This document shows, piece by piece, positions 7,310-17,205 of a stretch of 43,303 nucleotides of DNA; position 1 is the first letter of the stretch; every line of letters begins with the position of its first letter. The stretch is from Candidatus Acidiferrales bacterium (GTDB lineage: Bacteria > Acidobacteriota > Terriglobia > Acidiferrales > UBA7541): NCBI GenBank assembly GCA_036518755.1, contig DATDMO010000364.1, positions 1 through 43,303 on the forward strand, read 5' to 3'. A program made the translations under genes and the position numbers. The notes below the pieces were generated by a model. It worked only from the letters and a program-made list of their open reading frames with translations. It made no database searches and was not told where the DNA came from.

Positions 7310-8200
7310 TTATACAGGAGACCAACGCTTAAGGATAGCCTCGAAGCCCTGCGCTTTAAGCTGTTCCTTGACTCTCACGGCGGAATCGAGATCGCTAAAA
7401 GCTCCGACGGCCACGCGATAGAAAGGGTTGGCGCCGCGCTTGAATACAAACGCGGGGAAATTTCTCTTCTGCAAGGTTTTTGCGAGCGCATCTGCATTGC
7501 CTTCGTGCTTCATCGCAGCTATTTGAAGTACGAAACCAGGAACGCTCAACGGAAGCGTGGGAGGAAGAAAGGGTGTTGTCACAGGCGACGGGTTGGCTGA
7601 TGCAATTGGGCCCGCGAGGGGAATCTCAGGCAGCTTCCCTGCGGCCATGATCTCTTTCGTCCGCCAGCTGCTTTCAGTGCCGCCCAGGTAGTGACGGACA
7701 AGGGCGACACCAGAAAAGAGGGACAGTGTGCCCAGGACGAGCCACGTCAGATAGTGCGACGCGCCATAGCGGCCTAACCCTTCGTTGGGTATTGGCTGTG
7801 GCGCAAGGAAGTCAGCAGAATCCGTTTGATGAGTGAGAAAGAGTGGTGGCTGGGCGGGCTCCTCCGCGAGAGCTAGGTCAGTCGTATCGAAAACGGTGGC
7901 AGATATCCATTGCCTGAGCTGCTGCCGGGAAGCATCGGCCAAATCCACGAAACGCAAGCCGGTGCGCTTTTCGGAATCGCTCGTCCAGGCAATTTCTCCT
8001 CTGGCTTGGATATGACCGTGACCGCCCGGCAGATCAAAGACAAGTGGGATGACTTGGGCCGAGATCTCGGAACCCAGATCGTCGATGGCCACACCTTCTT
8101 CGGAGAGATCGAAGAGGAGCCGACACTGGGATTCACCGCAGCGAACCAATAGCGGCTGATCGGGAATCACGCGCTGATATTGTCGGCGGTCCTGGAGCAT
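7310..8200 (-). CDS. PilZ domain - TM - SPOR domain protein
   Basis: The N-terminus has RRQYQR (RxxxR) and DLSEEG (DxSxxG) PilZ c-di-GMP motifs. There is a central TM segment (YLTWLVLGTLSLFSGVALV). The C-terminus GFVLQIAAMKHEGNADALAKTLQKRNFPAFV...YRVAVGAFSDLDSAVRVKEQLKAQGF is SPOR-like. Confidence 0.75.
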   Translation of the reverse strand: MLQDRRQYQRVIPDQPLLVRCGESQCRLLFDLSEEGVAIDDLGSEISAQVIPLVFDLPGGHGHIQARGEIAWTSDSEKRTGLRFVDLADASRQQLRQWISATVFDTTDLALAEEPAQPPLFLTHQTDSADFLAPQPIPNEGLGRYGASHYLTWLVLGTLSLFSGVALVRHYLGGTESSWRTKEIMAAGKLPEIPLAGPIASANPSPVTTPFLPPTLPLSVPGFVLQIAAMKHEGNADALAKTLQKRNFPAFVFKRGANPFYRVAVGAFSDLDSAVRVKEQLKAQGFEAILKRWSPV

Positions 8201-8413
8201 ATGGCCCTCAGTGAGAGGCTAAGAGCTTGAGGGCGATAATAAAACGAAGGTCCATCGAAGAACTTCTTCTGAAGGGCGGAATTGTTCAAACGTACAACGC
8301 CCTGGCAGGCTGGCGCCAAGCCGAGAGTTTCTTGTGAATTGGGTAGTCTGTGCTGCTCTGAAATTCGACCACTGCCTGCGGGTGATTCCGATACAATTGA
8401 CGACATCGAGTAA

Positions 8414-9634
8414 GTGCGACAAGAGTACGGCCGTACGCGGGGTTTTCGAGTGAGTATCGAACACAAATTAGAGACGGAACGCGCGCGGCTGCTGCGATCG
8501 GCGAGGCGGGTGGTCATCAAGATCGGCACCGCCACCGTGACGGAGCCTGAGGGAAACCTTTGCTACGAGCGGATGGAACCGGTGGCTCGCTCGATCGCGG
8601 CTTTAATGAAAGAGCGGCGGCAGGTCGTACTGGTTTCGTCCGGCGCGGTGGGGCTTGGGCGCGGCTGGCTGGGACTGCACCGGTCACGCTTGGAGGATAT
8701 GGTAACGAAACAGGCCTGCGCGGCGGTGGGCCAGAGCCTTCTGATGGACGCGTACAAGGACCTGTTTTCGAAATGGGACATAAAAGTGGCCCAGGTCCTG
8801 CTGACGGAAGAGGACTTCACGAACTGGCGCCGGTATTCGAATCTTCAGCACACGATCGAGAAACTACTAGGGTTCGGAGTGCTACCAATCGTGAATGAGA
8901 ACGATACCGTTTCCACGGCGGAATTGGAGCCAGTGGCGCCCGAGTCGCGCACGCCAGCATTCAGTGACAACGACCGGCTGGCGGCGCTGGTGATGAGCGG
9001 ACTGGAAGCAGATGCGTTGGTGCTACTAACGAACGTGAGTGGATTGCTCGAGCGAGCATTGCGGAATGGTGCGCGAAGCGAAGAAGATGAGGTGATTCCG
9101 CTGGTCGCTGAAATAACACCGGAGATTCGGTCGCTCGCAGATGGTCCATCGGAAAGCGGACGCGGCGGGATGCGGACGAAGCTCGAAGCGTCGGAGATTG
9201 CCATGAAGTGCGGCGGGATCGCAGTGATCGCGAATGGCAGCCGCCCAGATACGCTGGAGCGAGTTTTTGCGGGCGAAAGGACCGGAACCGCGTTCTTGCC
9301 GGCCAAACGCATGCCGGGAAAACGGCGCTGGATTGCCTATGCCGCGAATGTCCGCGGCCGTGTCGTGGTGGATGCGGGTGCGCACCGAGCCATCACCCAG
9401 GGGAAGGCGAGTTTGCTAGCATCGGGAATCGTGCGCGTCGAAAACCGCTTCGCATCCATGGACGTGGTGAGCATCGTCGATTGCGAGGGGCGTGAATTCG
9501 CGAGAGGTATTGCGAGATGCGCCAGCGAAGAAGCGGAGAACTTTTCGGCAAGGAGAGGCGCGGCTACAGGAAGCAAGGCTACCTCGCCGGTCTTAGTGAC
9601 GCGCGATAATATCGTGTTATTGGAAAAGACATGA
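8414..9634 (+). CDS. proB: glutamate 5-kinase (with C-terminal PUA domain)
   Basis: Motifs RRVVIKIGTATVT, VLVSSGAVGLG and NENDTVS are present, with a PUA-like C-terminus. The start is GTG at 8414 or the in-frame GTG at 8450. Confidence 0.9.
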   Translation: MRQEYGRTRGFRVSIEHKLETERARLLRSARRVVIKIGTATVTEPEGNLCYERMEPVARSIAALMKERRQVVLVSSGAVGLGRGWLGLHRSRLEDMVTKQACAAVGQSLLMDAYKDLFSKWDIKVAQVLLTEEDFTNWRRYSNLQHTIEKLLGFGVLPIVNENDTVSTAELEPVAPESRTPAFSDNDRLAALVMSGLEADALVLLTNVSGLLERALRNGARSEEDEVIPLVAEITPEIRSLADGPSESGRGGMRTKLEASEIAMKCGGIAVIANGSRPDTLERVFAGERTGTAFLPAKRMPGKRRWIAYAANVRGRVVVDAGAHRAITQGKASLLASGIVRVENRFASMDVVSIVDCEGREFARGIARCASEEAENFSARRGAATGSKATSPVLVTRDNIVLLEKT

Positions 9635-10977
9635 GCCAGCCAACGACAGCATCGGCGATGCAAGCGAACGATACTTCCGTGGCGGCGGTGGCGCGGAAAG
9701 CCAGAAAGGCTTCGCGGGCGCTCGCCAAGCTTTCCGCAGACGCTCGCGTGGAAGTTCTTATGGCGGCGGCGCAAGCGATCGAAGACGAGCGCCAGAGGAT
9801 TCTCGACGCCAATAAGCGCGACTGCGTGGCCGCGGAGACCGCAGTGGCTTTCGGGAAGATGTCTTCCGCGATGCTGGCGCGGTTGTGTGTGACAGAAGCG
9901 GGCGTCGCGCAGATGGCCACGCAGATTCGAGAAGTCGCGCGGCTCGAGGATCCTCTAGGACGGAGGCTAGCCGCCACGGAGCTGGACGAAGGGCTGGTGC
10001 TTTACAAAGAATCGTGTCCTTTTGGCGTGGTTGGCGTGATTTTTGAATCGCGGCCGGACGTGATTCCGCAGGTCGCCTCGCTGTGCCTGAAATCGGGCAA
10101 CGCAGTAATCCTGAAAGGCGGCTTGGAAGCGGCGGAGACAAATCAAGGGCTCGTTTCTATCTGGCGGGAGTGTTTGATTCGATTCCAAGGCGTTCCGGTA
10201 GATTCGATCAGCTTGCTGCAATCGCGCGCGGATGTGAACGAGCTTCTGGCGCGGGACCGCGACGTGGACCTGATCGTTCCTCGCGGCTCGTACGAATTGG
10301 TCAACTATATCAAGCAGCACAGCCGGATTCCGGTGCTAGGGCATGGCGAGGGGATTTGCCACGTGTACGTCGATCGAACAGCGGATGTAACGAAAGCCGT
10401 GGACATCATCTACGATGCCAAGGTGGAATATCCCGCAGTGTGCAATGCCGCCGAAACTTTGCTGGTGCATGAGGCAATCGCAGCCAAATTTCTGCCCCAA
10501 GCGATACGGAAATTGGCAGCCGCTGGAGTGGAAATTCGCGGCGATTCGAAAACCGTCTCGCTATTGCCGGGCGTATCCATTTCGGCCGCTACGGAAAAGG
10601 ACTGGTCGACCGAATATTCGGATCTCATTTTGTCGATCAAAGTGGTGGCCAATCTCGACGAGGCCATCGAGCACATCAATATCTACGGCTCGCGTCATAC
10701 CGACGCGATCGTGACCGAGGATTCGGAGGCCGCGGCGAGATTCATGAACGAAGTAGATTCGGCGGCTGTATTCCAAAATGCTTCGACGCGTTTTGCCGAC
10801 GGTTTTCGTTACGGATTTGGCGCCGAAGTGGGCATCAGCAACGGCAAACTGCACGCGCGCGGACCGATGGGTCTCGAAGGCCTCACGACATACAAGTACA
10901 AGTTGTATGGCCATGGCCAGACGGTGGCTGAATACAGCAAGGGCAAGAAGAAATTCACTCATCGCCGGCTACAGTAG
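9631..10977 (+). CDS. proA: glutamate-5-semialdehyde dehydrogenase (gamma-glutamyl phosphate reductase)
   Basis: Motifs ILKGGLEAAETN, CNAAETLLVH and SRHTDAIVTED are present. An ATGA overlap with the proB stop indicates translational coupling. Confidence 0.9.
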   Translation: MSQPTTASAMQANDTSVAAVARKARKASRALAKLSADARVEVLMAAAQAIEDERQRILDANKRDCVAAETAVAFGKMSSAMLARLCVTEAGVAQMATQIREVARLEDPLGRRLAATELDEGLVLYKESCPFGVVGVIFESRPDVIPQVASLCLKSGNAVILKGGLEAAETNQGLVSIWRECLIRFQGVPVDSISLLQSRADVNELLARDRDVDLIVPRGSYELVNYIKQHSRIPVLGHGEGICHVYVDRTADVTKAVDIIYDAKVEYPAVCNAAETLLVHEAIAAKFLPQAIRKLAAAGVEIRGDSKTVSLLPGVSISAATEKDWSTEYSDLILSIKVVANLDEAIEHINIYGSRHTDAIVTEDSEAAARFMNEVDSAAVFQNASTRFADGFRYGFGAEVGISNGKLHARGPMGLEGLTTYKYKLYGHGQTVAEYSKGKKKFTHRRLQ

Positions 10978-12636
10978 CTGTTGGTCCCGTCTCCGACGAA
11001 AGAACCAGGAAAATCCGAGCAGCATCACGACCGCCAAGGACGAGATTGCGTTTCCCGCACGGCGGTCCCAAGTTCGCCGGAAGCGAACGTCAACACGGTG
11101 ATCCCCTGGGGCGAGAGGCACAAGTATTTGGGAGGTTGCTGGAAGCACAGTGATGCGGGCGCGTTTGGCATCTACCTGAACCTCCCACGAAGGATAGTCT
11201 AGTAACCGTAAAGCAAGGGTCACAGGTGCTGCGCTTCCCTCGGTGAATGCCTTGCGCTCGGCGGACCAGCGGTCAATGTTGAGCTTGAATCCCGCAGCTG
11301 GCACTGAAGCACTCGAACCGGAACGGAGTTCTTCAAATTGGGGCACGGGATCTGGCGAGATGCCGGGAGGACGCTCCGTGTCGTCTGGGTTGCCAGGGAG
11401 GTCGAGACGGGTGAGGCCGATGGGCGCGTATTCGTCCGTTCCCTCATAACCGCGGTGTGAACTTATTGCAGCTGCGATTGCGGGAACGTCCTCGTCGTCC
11501 CAATACGCATTGCGAATGATGGTTGTGGCCGTAGCAGCAATCCCCGCAAAAACCACGACGGTTACGGTCCAAGATAGACGCCGGTTGCGCATGCTGAAGA
11601 TTGCGACGGCCAGGAAGAAAGCGAAAGCAACAGCGAGTACATCAAGCCACCGCCACGGGAATTGGATGAATCGCAATTCGGGAAGCGTGTCCCATAACCA
11701 TAGGCTCGGTCGCAGCATCAGGAAGACCGACGCCACAGCAAGGGAAATCAAGATCCACCACAACTCGCGAAGGTGTCGCCGCTTCCTCGCTGCGAAAATT
11801 GCGGCGATACTCGTGATAGCTATTACGCCGGCGGCGATCCAAGACACCTTTTCATTGAAAAGCACGAAGTCCGGATCATTCATGCGGGTGAAAAGGAAAT
11901 TCCGGCTGGGGTTAACTTCAGAGGCGACGGCTTGCGCAATTTGAACCCAGCGCCGCTCCCAGGCGGCCGGCAAAATGTAAAAGGCTGAAAGGGCGAAGCC
12001 GCCAGCCATCGCACTCGCGCCGAGGAGAAGAGGGCGAAGGCTTTTTCGCACGACGCATCCGACTAATATGATCAGGACCAGCGAGTAGGTGGCGATCACG
12101 GCTGCGGGCGCGTTCGTGAGCCAAACCGCGGCAAAGATCGTGGCCAGCGGAAGGCTGTGACGCCACTCACCAGCAATGACTCGCAAGACTCCCCAAATGA
12201 GCAGCGGAAATAGAGCGCCAGCCAACAGTTCGGCAAAATCGCTGCGGTAATAAGCGATCACGAGATTGTAGGGATTCACAGCGTATAAAAGCGCGGCGAC
12301 GACAGCTTGCGGCGGCGGTAGCCACTCGCGCGAAAGGACCCACATCGACATACCCGCGAGGACCAGCGCAGGCCAGATCAATGCGCCGGGAACCATTCTC
12401 CAGGGCAGCACGGACCCGAGGGCGGCTCCGGCAATCCACGAAGCGGGAGGATAGAAGATGAACCGCGGCTCGCCGAATCCCCAATTCGCCCACTCGGCCC
12501 ACCGGGGATAAACGATTCCTTCGTGCCACTGGCCGGCCACATCCATCCAGGAGGCTACGTGAAAGTCGAAATCATGGCCGGAGGCATTGCCGAGGAAGAG
12601 CATGGGCATTACTGCGAAAACTGCAGCAACACACAT
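10969..12636 (-). CDS. polytopic membrane protein, PTPS-related/YfhO-like (glycosyltransferase-C-like fold family)
   Basis: It has many TM segments. The N-terminal GHDFDFHVASW...YPRWAEWANWGFGEPRFIFYPP is typical of the membrane '6-pyruvoyl-tetrahydropterin synthase-related' family. The function assignment is weak. Confidence 0.6.
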   Translation of the reverse strand: MCVAAVFAVMPMLFLGNASGHDFDFHVASWMDVAGQWHEGIVYPRWAEWANWGFGEPRFIFYPPASWIAGAALGSVLPWRMVPGALIWPALVLAGMSMWVLSREWLPPPQAVVAALLYAVNPYNLVIAYYRSDFAELLAGALFPLLIWGVLRVIAGEWRHSLPLATIFAAVWLTNAPAAVIATYSLVLIILVGCVVRKSLRPLLLGASAMAGGFALSAFYILPAAWERRWVQIAQAVASEVNPSRNFLFTRMNDPDFVLFNEKVSWIAAGVIAITSIAAIFAARKRRHLRELWWILISLAVASVFLMLRPSLWLWDTLPELRFIQFPWRWLDVLAVAFAFFLAVAIFSMRNRRLSWTVTVVVFAGIAATATTIIRNAYWDDEDVPAIAAAISSHRGYEGTDEYAPIGLTRLDLPGNPDDTERPPGISPDPVPQFEELRSGSSASVPAAGFKLNIDRWSAERKAFTEGSAAPVTLALRLLDYPSWEVQVDAKRARITVLPATSQILVPLAPGDHRVDVRFRRTWDRRAGNAISSLAVVMLLGFSWFFRRRRDQQLL

Positions 12637-12817
12637 GCACCCCAGGGGGACAGCCCACGGGGCTGCGGGTCTGAACGGGGGATGCTCTGTGGATGCGGAC
12701 TCTCGTTGGTTCAGAATCGTCTCCCGCCGTGAATGCGACGCGTTCGAGAATACAAAATTGGGGAAGGCACCGCCACTGGCGTTGCTTTTGGCGCGGGACG
12801 CAATTGAAGCGCAAATC

Positions 12818-12846
12818 TTGCCACATTCTGCTTGAAAAGTTAGAGT
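12818..12846 (+). promoter_or_regulatory. sigma70-like promoter for the glycoside hydrolase gene
   Basis: TTGCCA (12818..12823), a 17-nt spacer, then TAGAGT (12841..12846), about 67 nt upstream of ATG 12914, which has a GAAGGAA SD. Confidence 0.35.
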
Positions 12847-12913
12847 GATTTGGCCGGTCGCGATAGTGCAGGCCGAACGCGAGCACGCAGCCCCCGATTG
12901 AAGGAATCGAGAA

Positions 12914-15571
12914 ATGACTAGCGAAGAAGAGAGGCTGCGGGGGAATGCTGAACGAAGCGTTAACTGGAGACGCTGGGGTCCGTATCTCGCCGAGAGACAA
13001 TGGGGAACAGTTCGCGAGGATTACAGCGCGAACGGTGACGCTTGGAACTATTTTCCGCACGACCACGCGCGGTCGCGTGCCTACCGCTGGGGCGAGGACG
13101 GAATCGGCGGAATCTGCGACCGCCACCAGCACATCTGCTTTGCTCTCGCGCTTTGGAACCAGAGAGATCCGATCCTGAAAGAGCGCCTATTTGGCCTCAC
13201 CAATCCTCAGGGGAATCATGGAGAAGATGTAAAGGAATGCTACTTTTACCTCGACGCAACGCCGACTGGTTCCTATTTGAAGTTCCTGTACAAATATCCT
13301 CATGCGGCTTTTCCCTACGAACAGCTTCTAAGTGAAAATGCGAAGCGAACGCGGCTACAACCTGAATACGAACTGATCGACACCGGGGTTTTTGGCGAGA
13401 ATCGGTATTTCGACGTCTTCGTGGAATACGCCAAAGCCACCGCAGAGGATATCCTGATCCGCATCACAGCTTGGAACCGCGGTCCTGAACCGGCGCGGTT
13501 GCACATCCTGCCAACGCTCTGGTTTCGAAATCGCTGGTCGTGGGGCGAGAATTACGATCCGCCGCAGGCGTACCGCATCGACGCTCCACTGGGAACATCG
13601 CTGATCGAGCTATCCGAATATCACTACGGCAAGCGCTGGCTGCTTCTAGATGGGACGCCAGAACTTCTTTTTACGGAGAATGAAACGAATGCGGAGCACC
13701 TTTTTCATTTTAAAAACCACACGCCTTATGTGAAGGATGCTTTCCACCAATACGTAATCAACGGCAAGCTTTCCGCGGTGAATCCGGCTCAAAAGGGCAC
13801 GAAAGCAGCAGCGCTATATACTGCGGAGATCGCGCCATCAGCAAGCTGGACCATCTGCGCCCGTCTGATTGACAAGAACCCGTCACAGAACCAGATAGCC
13901 GCGAGGCAACTCTTTGGCGCGAGTTTCGATGGCGTGTTCTTCGAGCGAATCAGGGAAGCCGATGAGTTTTACGCGCAGCGCGCTCACGCTGGGATGGGTG
14001 ACGATGCCCGGCTAGTGCAGCGCCAGGCATTTGCGGGGCTGCTGTGGGGTAAGCAAAGCTACCACTACGATGTTCGACGCTGGCTCCAGGGCGACCCCAC
14101 TCAGCCGGCGCCGCCGTACGAGCGATTCGAAGGACGAAATCATCGGTGGGTCCACCTGCATAATTCCGATGTGATCTCAATGCCGGATACCTGGGAGTAC
14201 CCATGGTACGCCGCCTGGGATTTAGGGTTCCATTGTGTAGCAATGTCGGTGATTGATCCGGATTTTGCGAAGGACCAGCTAGTCCTCTTTCTGCGCGAAT
14301 GGTACATGCACCCGAATGGACAATTGCCTGCGTACGAATGGAATTTCTCGGACGTGAATCCGCCGGTGCACGCCTGGGCGGCTTGGCGCGTCTACAAAAT
14401 TGCCGGCCGGATTCAGGGCAAGGAAGACCGCAATTTTTTAGAAAAGGTCTTTCACAAACTGCTTTTGAACTTTACGTGGTGGGTGAACCGTAAGGACCCC
14501 GACGGGAAGAACGTGTTCGAAGGCGGCTTCCTCGGATTGGATAATATCGGCGTTTTCGACCGCTCGCGGCCTCTTGCCCCCGGCACCACCATCGAGCAAT
14601 CCGACGGCACGAGCTGGATGGCGATGTTCTGTCTGAACATGCTCGCCATGGCGATGGAGCTTGCCCATGATGATCCCGCCTATGAGGATGTCGCCAGCAA
14701 GTTCTTCGAGCACTTCGTATTCATCTCGCAAGCGATGAATGATATGGGCGGCGAGGGGATCGGGCTGTGGGACGAAGGCGACGGCTTCTACTATGATGTT
14801 CTGCATCGGCCGGACGGCGGCCACATCCCGATGAAGGTGCGCTCGATGGTGGGCTTGGTTCCTCTTTTTGCTGTCGAAACCTTTGATCCCGAGGACCTTC
14901 AGCGCTTGCCCGCTTTCACTCGCCGCATGCAATGGTTTCTGAATCACCACGCCGAAGTGTCGGAGCACGTTGACATGGGCCAGCGCAACGCGAATGGCAC
15001 GCGATTGTTGCTCACCATCGCGAATCGAAAGAAACTCGAGCGCATCTATCGCTACGTTCTCGACGAAAAGGAGTTCTTGTCTCCGCATGGAATTCGGGCG
15101 CTATCGAAATTCCATGAGAAGCATCCATTCATGCTGAATGTGGACGGACAGTCTCACTCCGTGGACTACGAGCCCGGCGAATCCACCACCAATCTCTTCG
15201 GCGGGAATTCCAATTGGCGCGGTCCCATTTGGTTTCCGCTGAACTACCTGCTGATCGAGTCGATCCAGCGCGTTCACTACTATTATGGCGACGAATTCCG
15301 AGTGGACTTCCCGACGGGCTCGGGACAGAAGAAGACGCTCTGGGACGTCGCTAGCGAGCTGTCACGCCGGCTGTCGCACATTTTTCTCTGGGAGGATGGG
15401 CGCCGGCCCGTGCATGGCGATACGGCGCTGTTTCAGCAGGATCCTTTTTGGCGCGATTTGGTTCTATTTTACGAATATTTTCACGGTGAAACCGGCGCGG
15501 GCCTAGGCGCGAGTCACCAAACAGGATGGACGGCGTTGGTTGCGAAACTTCTCGAGCAGAGCGGCGCATAA
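12914..15571 (+). CDS. six-hairpin glycoside hydrolase, GH63/MGH1-like 'glucosidase'
   Basis: The N-terminus [46 protein letters not shown] is characteristic of the roughly 880-aa bacterial GH63-like glucosidase family. Recognised from memory only. Confidence 0.65.
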   Translation: MTSEEERLRGNAERSVNWRRWGPYLAERQWGTVREDYSANGDAWNYFPHDHARSRAYRWGEDGIGGICDRHQHICFALALWNQRDPILKERLFGLTNPQGNHGEDVKECYFYLDATPTGSYLKFLYKYPHAAFPYEQLLSENAKRTRLQPEYELIDTGVFGENRYFDVFVEYAKATAEDILIRITAWNRGPEPARLHILPTLWFRNRWSWGENYDPPQAYRIDAPLGTSLIELSEYHYGKRWLLLDGTPELLFTENETNAEHLFHFKNHTPYVKDAFHQYVINGKLSAVNPAQKGTKAAALYTAEIAPSASWTICARLIDKNPSQNQIAARQLFGASFDGVFFERIREADEFYAQRAHAGMGDDARLVQRQAFAGLLWGKQSYHYDVRRWLQGDPTQPAPPYERFEGRNHRWVHLHNSDVISMPDTWEYPWYAAWDLGFHCVAMSVIDPDFAKDQLVLFLREWYMHPNGQLPAYEWNFSDVNPPVHAWAAWRVYKIAGRIQGKEDRNFLEKVFHKLLLNFTWWVNRKDPDGKNVFEGGFLGLDNIGVFDRSRPLAPGTTIEQSDGTSWMAMFCLNMLAMAMELAHDDPAYEDVASKFFEHFVFISQAMNDMGGEGIGLWDEGDGFYYDVLHRPDGGHIPMKVRSMVGLVPLFAVETFDPEDLQRLPAFTRRMQWFLNHHAEVSEHVDMGQRNANGTRLLLTIANRKKLERIYRYVLDEKEFLSPHGIRALSKFHEKHPFMLNVDGQSHSVDYEPGESTTNLFGGNSNWRGPIWFPLNYLLIESIQRVHYYYGDEFRVDFPTGSGQKKTLWDVASELSRRLSHIFLWEDGRRPVHGDTALFQQDPFWRDLVLFYEYFHGETGAGLGASHQTGWTALVAKLLEQSGA

Positions 15572-15583
15572 GCGCAAGGCCAT

Positions 15584-16201
15584 TTACGCTTTCAGGGCAG
15601 GTTCGACCAATTCGATCAAAACGCGCTTGCCTTCTGCCATCAGCACTAGAAAAAAATTTACGCGTGTGCCGCCGGCGCCCGGATGCGTTTCCGGATACAC
15701 GGGCGTTAGCCCGAACCGAGTGCGCAAGATTTCAGTGGCTCGGTTCACACTGGTCACATTCACTTCGATTTGCTGAATTCCCTCTCCAAATTTCTTGAGA
15801 TATCGTGCGATTGCACCCGGGCCAGTCGGATCGCGCGTCGTTAGAATATCGAATTCTTCATGCTCGCCCGAGCGTAATTCGAATTCTATCGCATCCTGGT
15901 CCGGCGGCACTTCCGCGAGCGGAGGGGATCCGTTCGCGACCCGAATCTTCCCGAAATTCTCGGGCTGCACCGCGATGCCGACGCTGAACGGCGTATTTTC
16001 CGGGCCTAACTTGCCGGCCGCATCCATCGAAGATGGGCGCACAAGTTTGCAAAATTCGGCGTCCCTGAACCATTCACGGGTTGCGGTAAAAAACAGGGCA
16101 GCCCCCGCCAAGTGCAGGTGCGTTGCAGCCGCACGCCTTTTAGCCGGATCAGAATCGGCCAGGTTGCCTATCGACTCGGCTACGTCGCGGACTTCAGCCA
16201 T
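15584..16201 (-). CDS. VOC (glyoxalase/methylmalonyl-CoA epimerase-like) family protein
   Basis: The C-terminal half (GPGAIARYLKKFGEGIQQIEVNV...GAGGTRVNFFLVLMAEGKRVLIELVE) resembles the epimerase/VOC fold. The N-terminal half is unknown. Confidence 0.5.
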   Translation of the reverse strand: MAEVRDVAESIGNLADSDPAKRRAAATHLHLAGAALFFTATREWFRDAEFCKLVRPSSMDAAGKLGPENTPFSVGIAVQPENFGKIRVANGSPPLAEVPPDQDAIEFELRSGEHEEFDILTTRDPTGPGAIARYLKKFGEGIQQIEVNVTSVNRATEILRTRFGLTPVYPETHPGAGGTRVNFFLVLMAEGKRVLIELVEPALKA

Positions 16202-16208
16202 ATTCGCA

Positions 16209-17081
16209 TCACTGGTTGGCGGGAGAATGCGACGGCTGGACGGAATTAACGTTGGAGAGCGCGACGTACTCGGTTTGGCCCGGCTGCACCGTCACGGGCA
16301 CGTCCCAGCGTGGACGCGCGTCACCCACATCGGCGGCCACATCAAGCGTGCTGATCCAATAGTTTCCGGGCGGCACATCACGCAAAAAACCCTGCCCCTG
16401 AAGGTTCGATTCCGTGCGCGCCACCAAATATTTGGACTGCGCCAGATCGAGAGCCCGGCGACGAATTTCCGGAGTTCGCCTTCCGAGCAAAGCGTTCCAT
16501 TTCGGCCCAGGGTCTATCTCAGCAAGATTGAGATCGATGCCGTCTACGCTGTGAGGATGCTGCTCGATGTAACGGCGGATCGTTTCCCGGTAGTCGGCGT
16601 TTGCTTTCGCATATCTTTCCGGATTTTTGACTTTGTCGGAGGCCTTGACTTTGGATTTGGGAAAATCCGCGGATTGATCGCCGGCATTCCGATCCATGTA
16701 CGCCGAGAAAAATTCGGGAATATTCATGACGTCTGCCGCACGCAACTTGCGAATGAAATCTTCCCCGGCCAGTGTCACGAATTGGTTCTTTTTCATCCAG
16801 GCTTTCAATTCGGTGGAATAGGAGGTGGAGTCGAGTTTGTCGATGAACCCGTTCATGTCGGGTTTCGGATCTTCTGCATCGGCTTCCTTCCCGATTTCCT
16901 CGAAGCTTTTGCTTAGGAGATAAAAAGGGAAGCCGCGTACCGGCTCTTCCAGGCCTCCGGAGGGCGTAGCGCGTGCCACGAATTCGATCGAGCCGTCTTG
17001 CGCGGCTGCTCGCGGAACGATCGCGATCATCGCCGCCATTAGGACCGTAACGAAAGTGATTTTGCTTTTCATGCCGGCCAT
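16209..17081 (-). CDS. secreted hypothetical protein
   Basis: It has a signal peptide (MAGMKSKITFVTVLMAAMIAIVPRAAAQ) and a Lys/Asp/Glu-rich mature part. It is far more protein-like than antisense ORF 15795..16916. Confidence 0.6.
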   Translation of the reverse strand: MAGMKSKITFVTVLMAAMIAIVPRAAAQDGSIEFVARATPSGGLEEPVRGFPFYLLSKSFEEIGKEADAEDPKPDMNGFIDKLDSTSYSTELKAWMKKNQFVTLAGEDFIRKLRAADVMNIPEFFSAYMDRNAGDQSADFPKSKVKASDKVKNPERYAKANADYRETIRRYIEQHPHSVDGIDLNLAEIDPGPKWNALLGRRTPEIRRRALDLAQSKYLVARTESNLQGQGFLRDVPPGNYWISTLDVAADVGDARPRWDVPVTVQPGQTEYVALSNVNSVQPSHSPANQ

Positions 17082-17205
17082 CGTAACAGAGCGGCATAAC
17101 GCGAGAGCGTTGCGGCGCGGAACGATGGGTCCAGTTGGTTAACGTCAGGCTTAGCCTATGTCCCGTGGAAAAAGATCGCGGAGAAGGCGCTGTGCGATCG
17201 CGGCT

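Noticed and set aside
15795-16916. 373-aa plus-strand ORF spanning two minus-strand genes
   Set aside because: It is Arg/Ser/Gly/Pro-rich with low-complexity composition typical of a GC-driven shadow ORF. It crosses the boundary between two well-formed minus-strand genes, one of which has a clear signal peptide.
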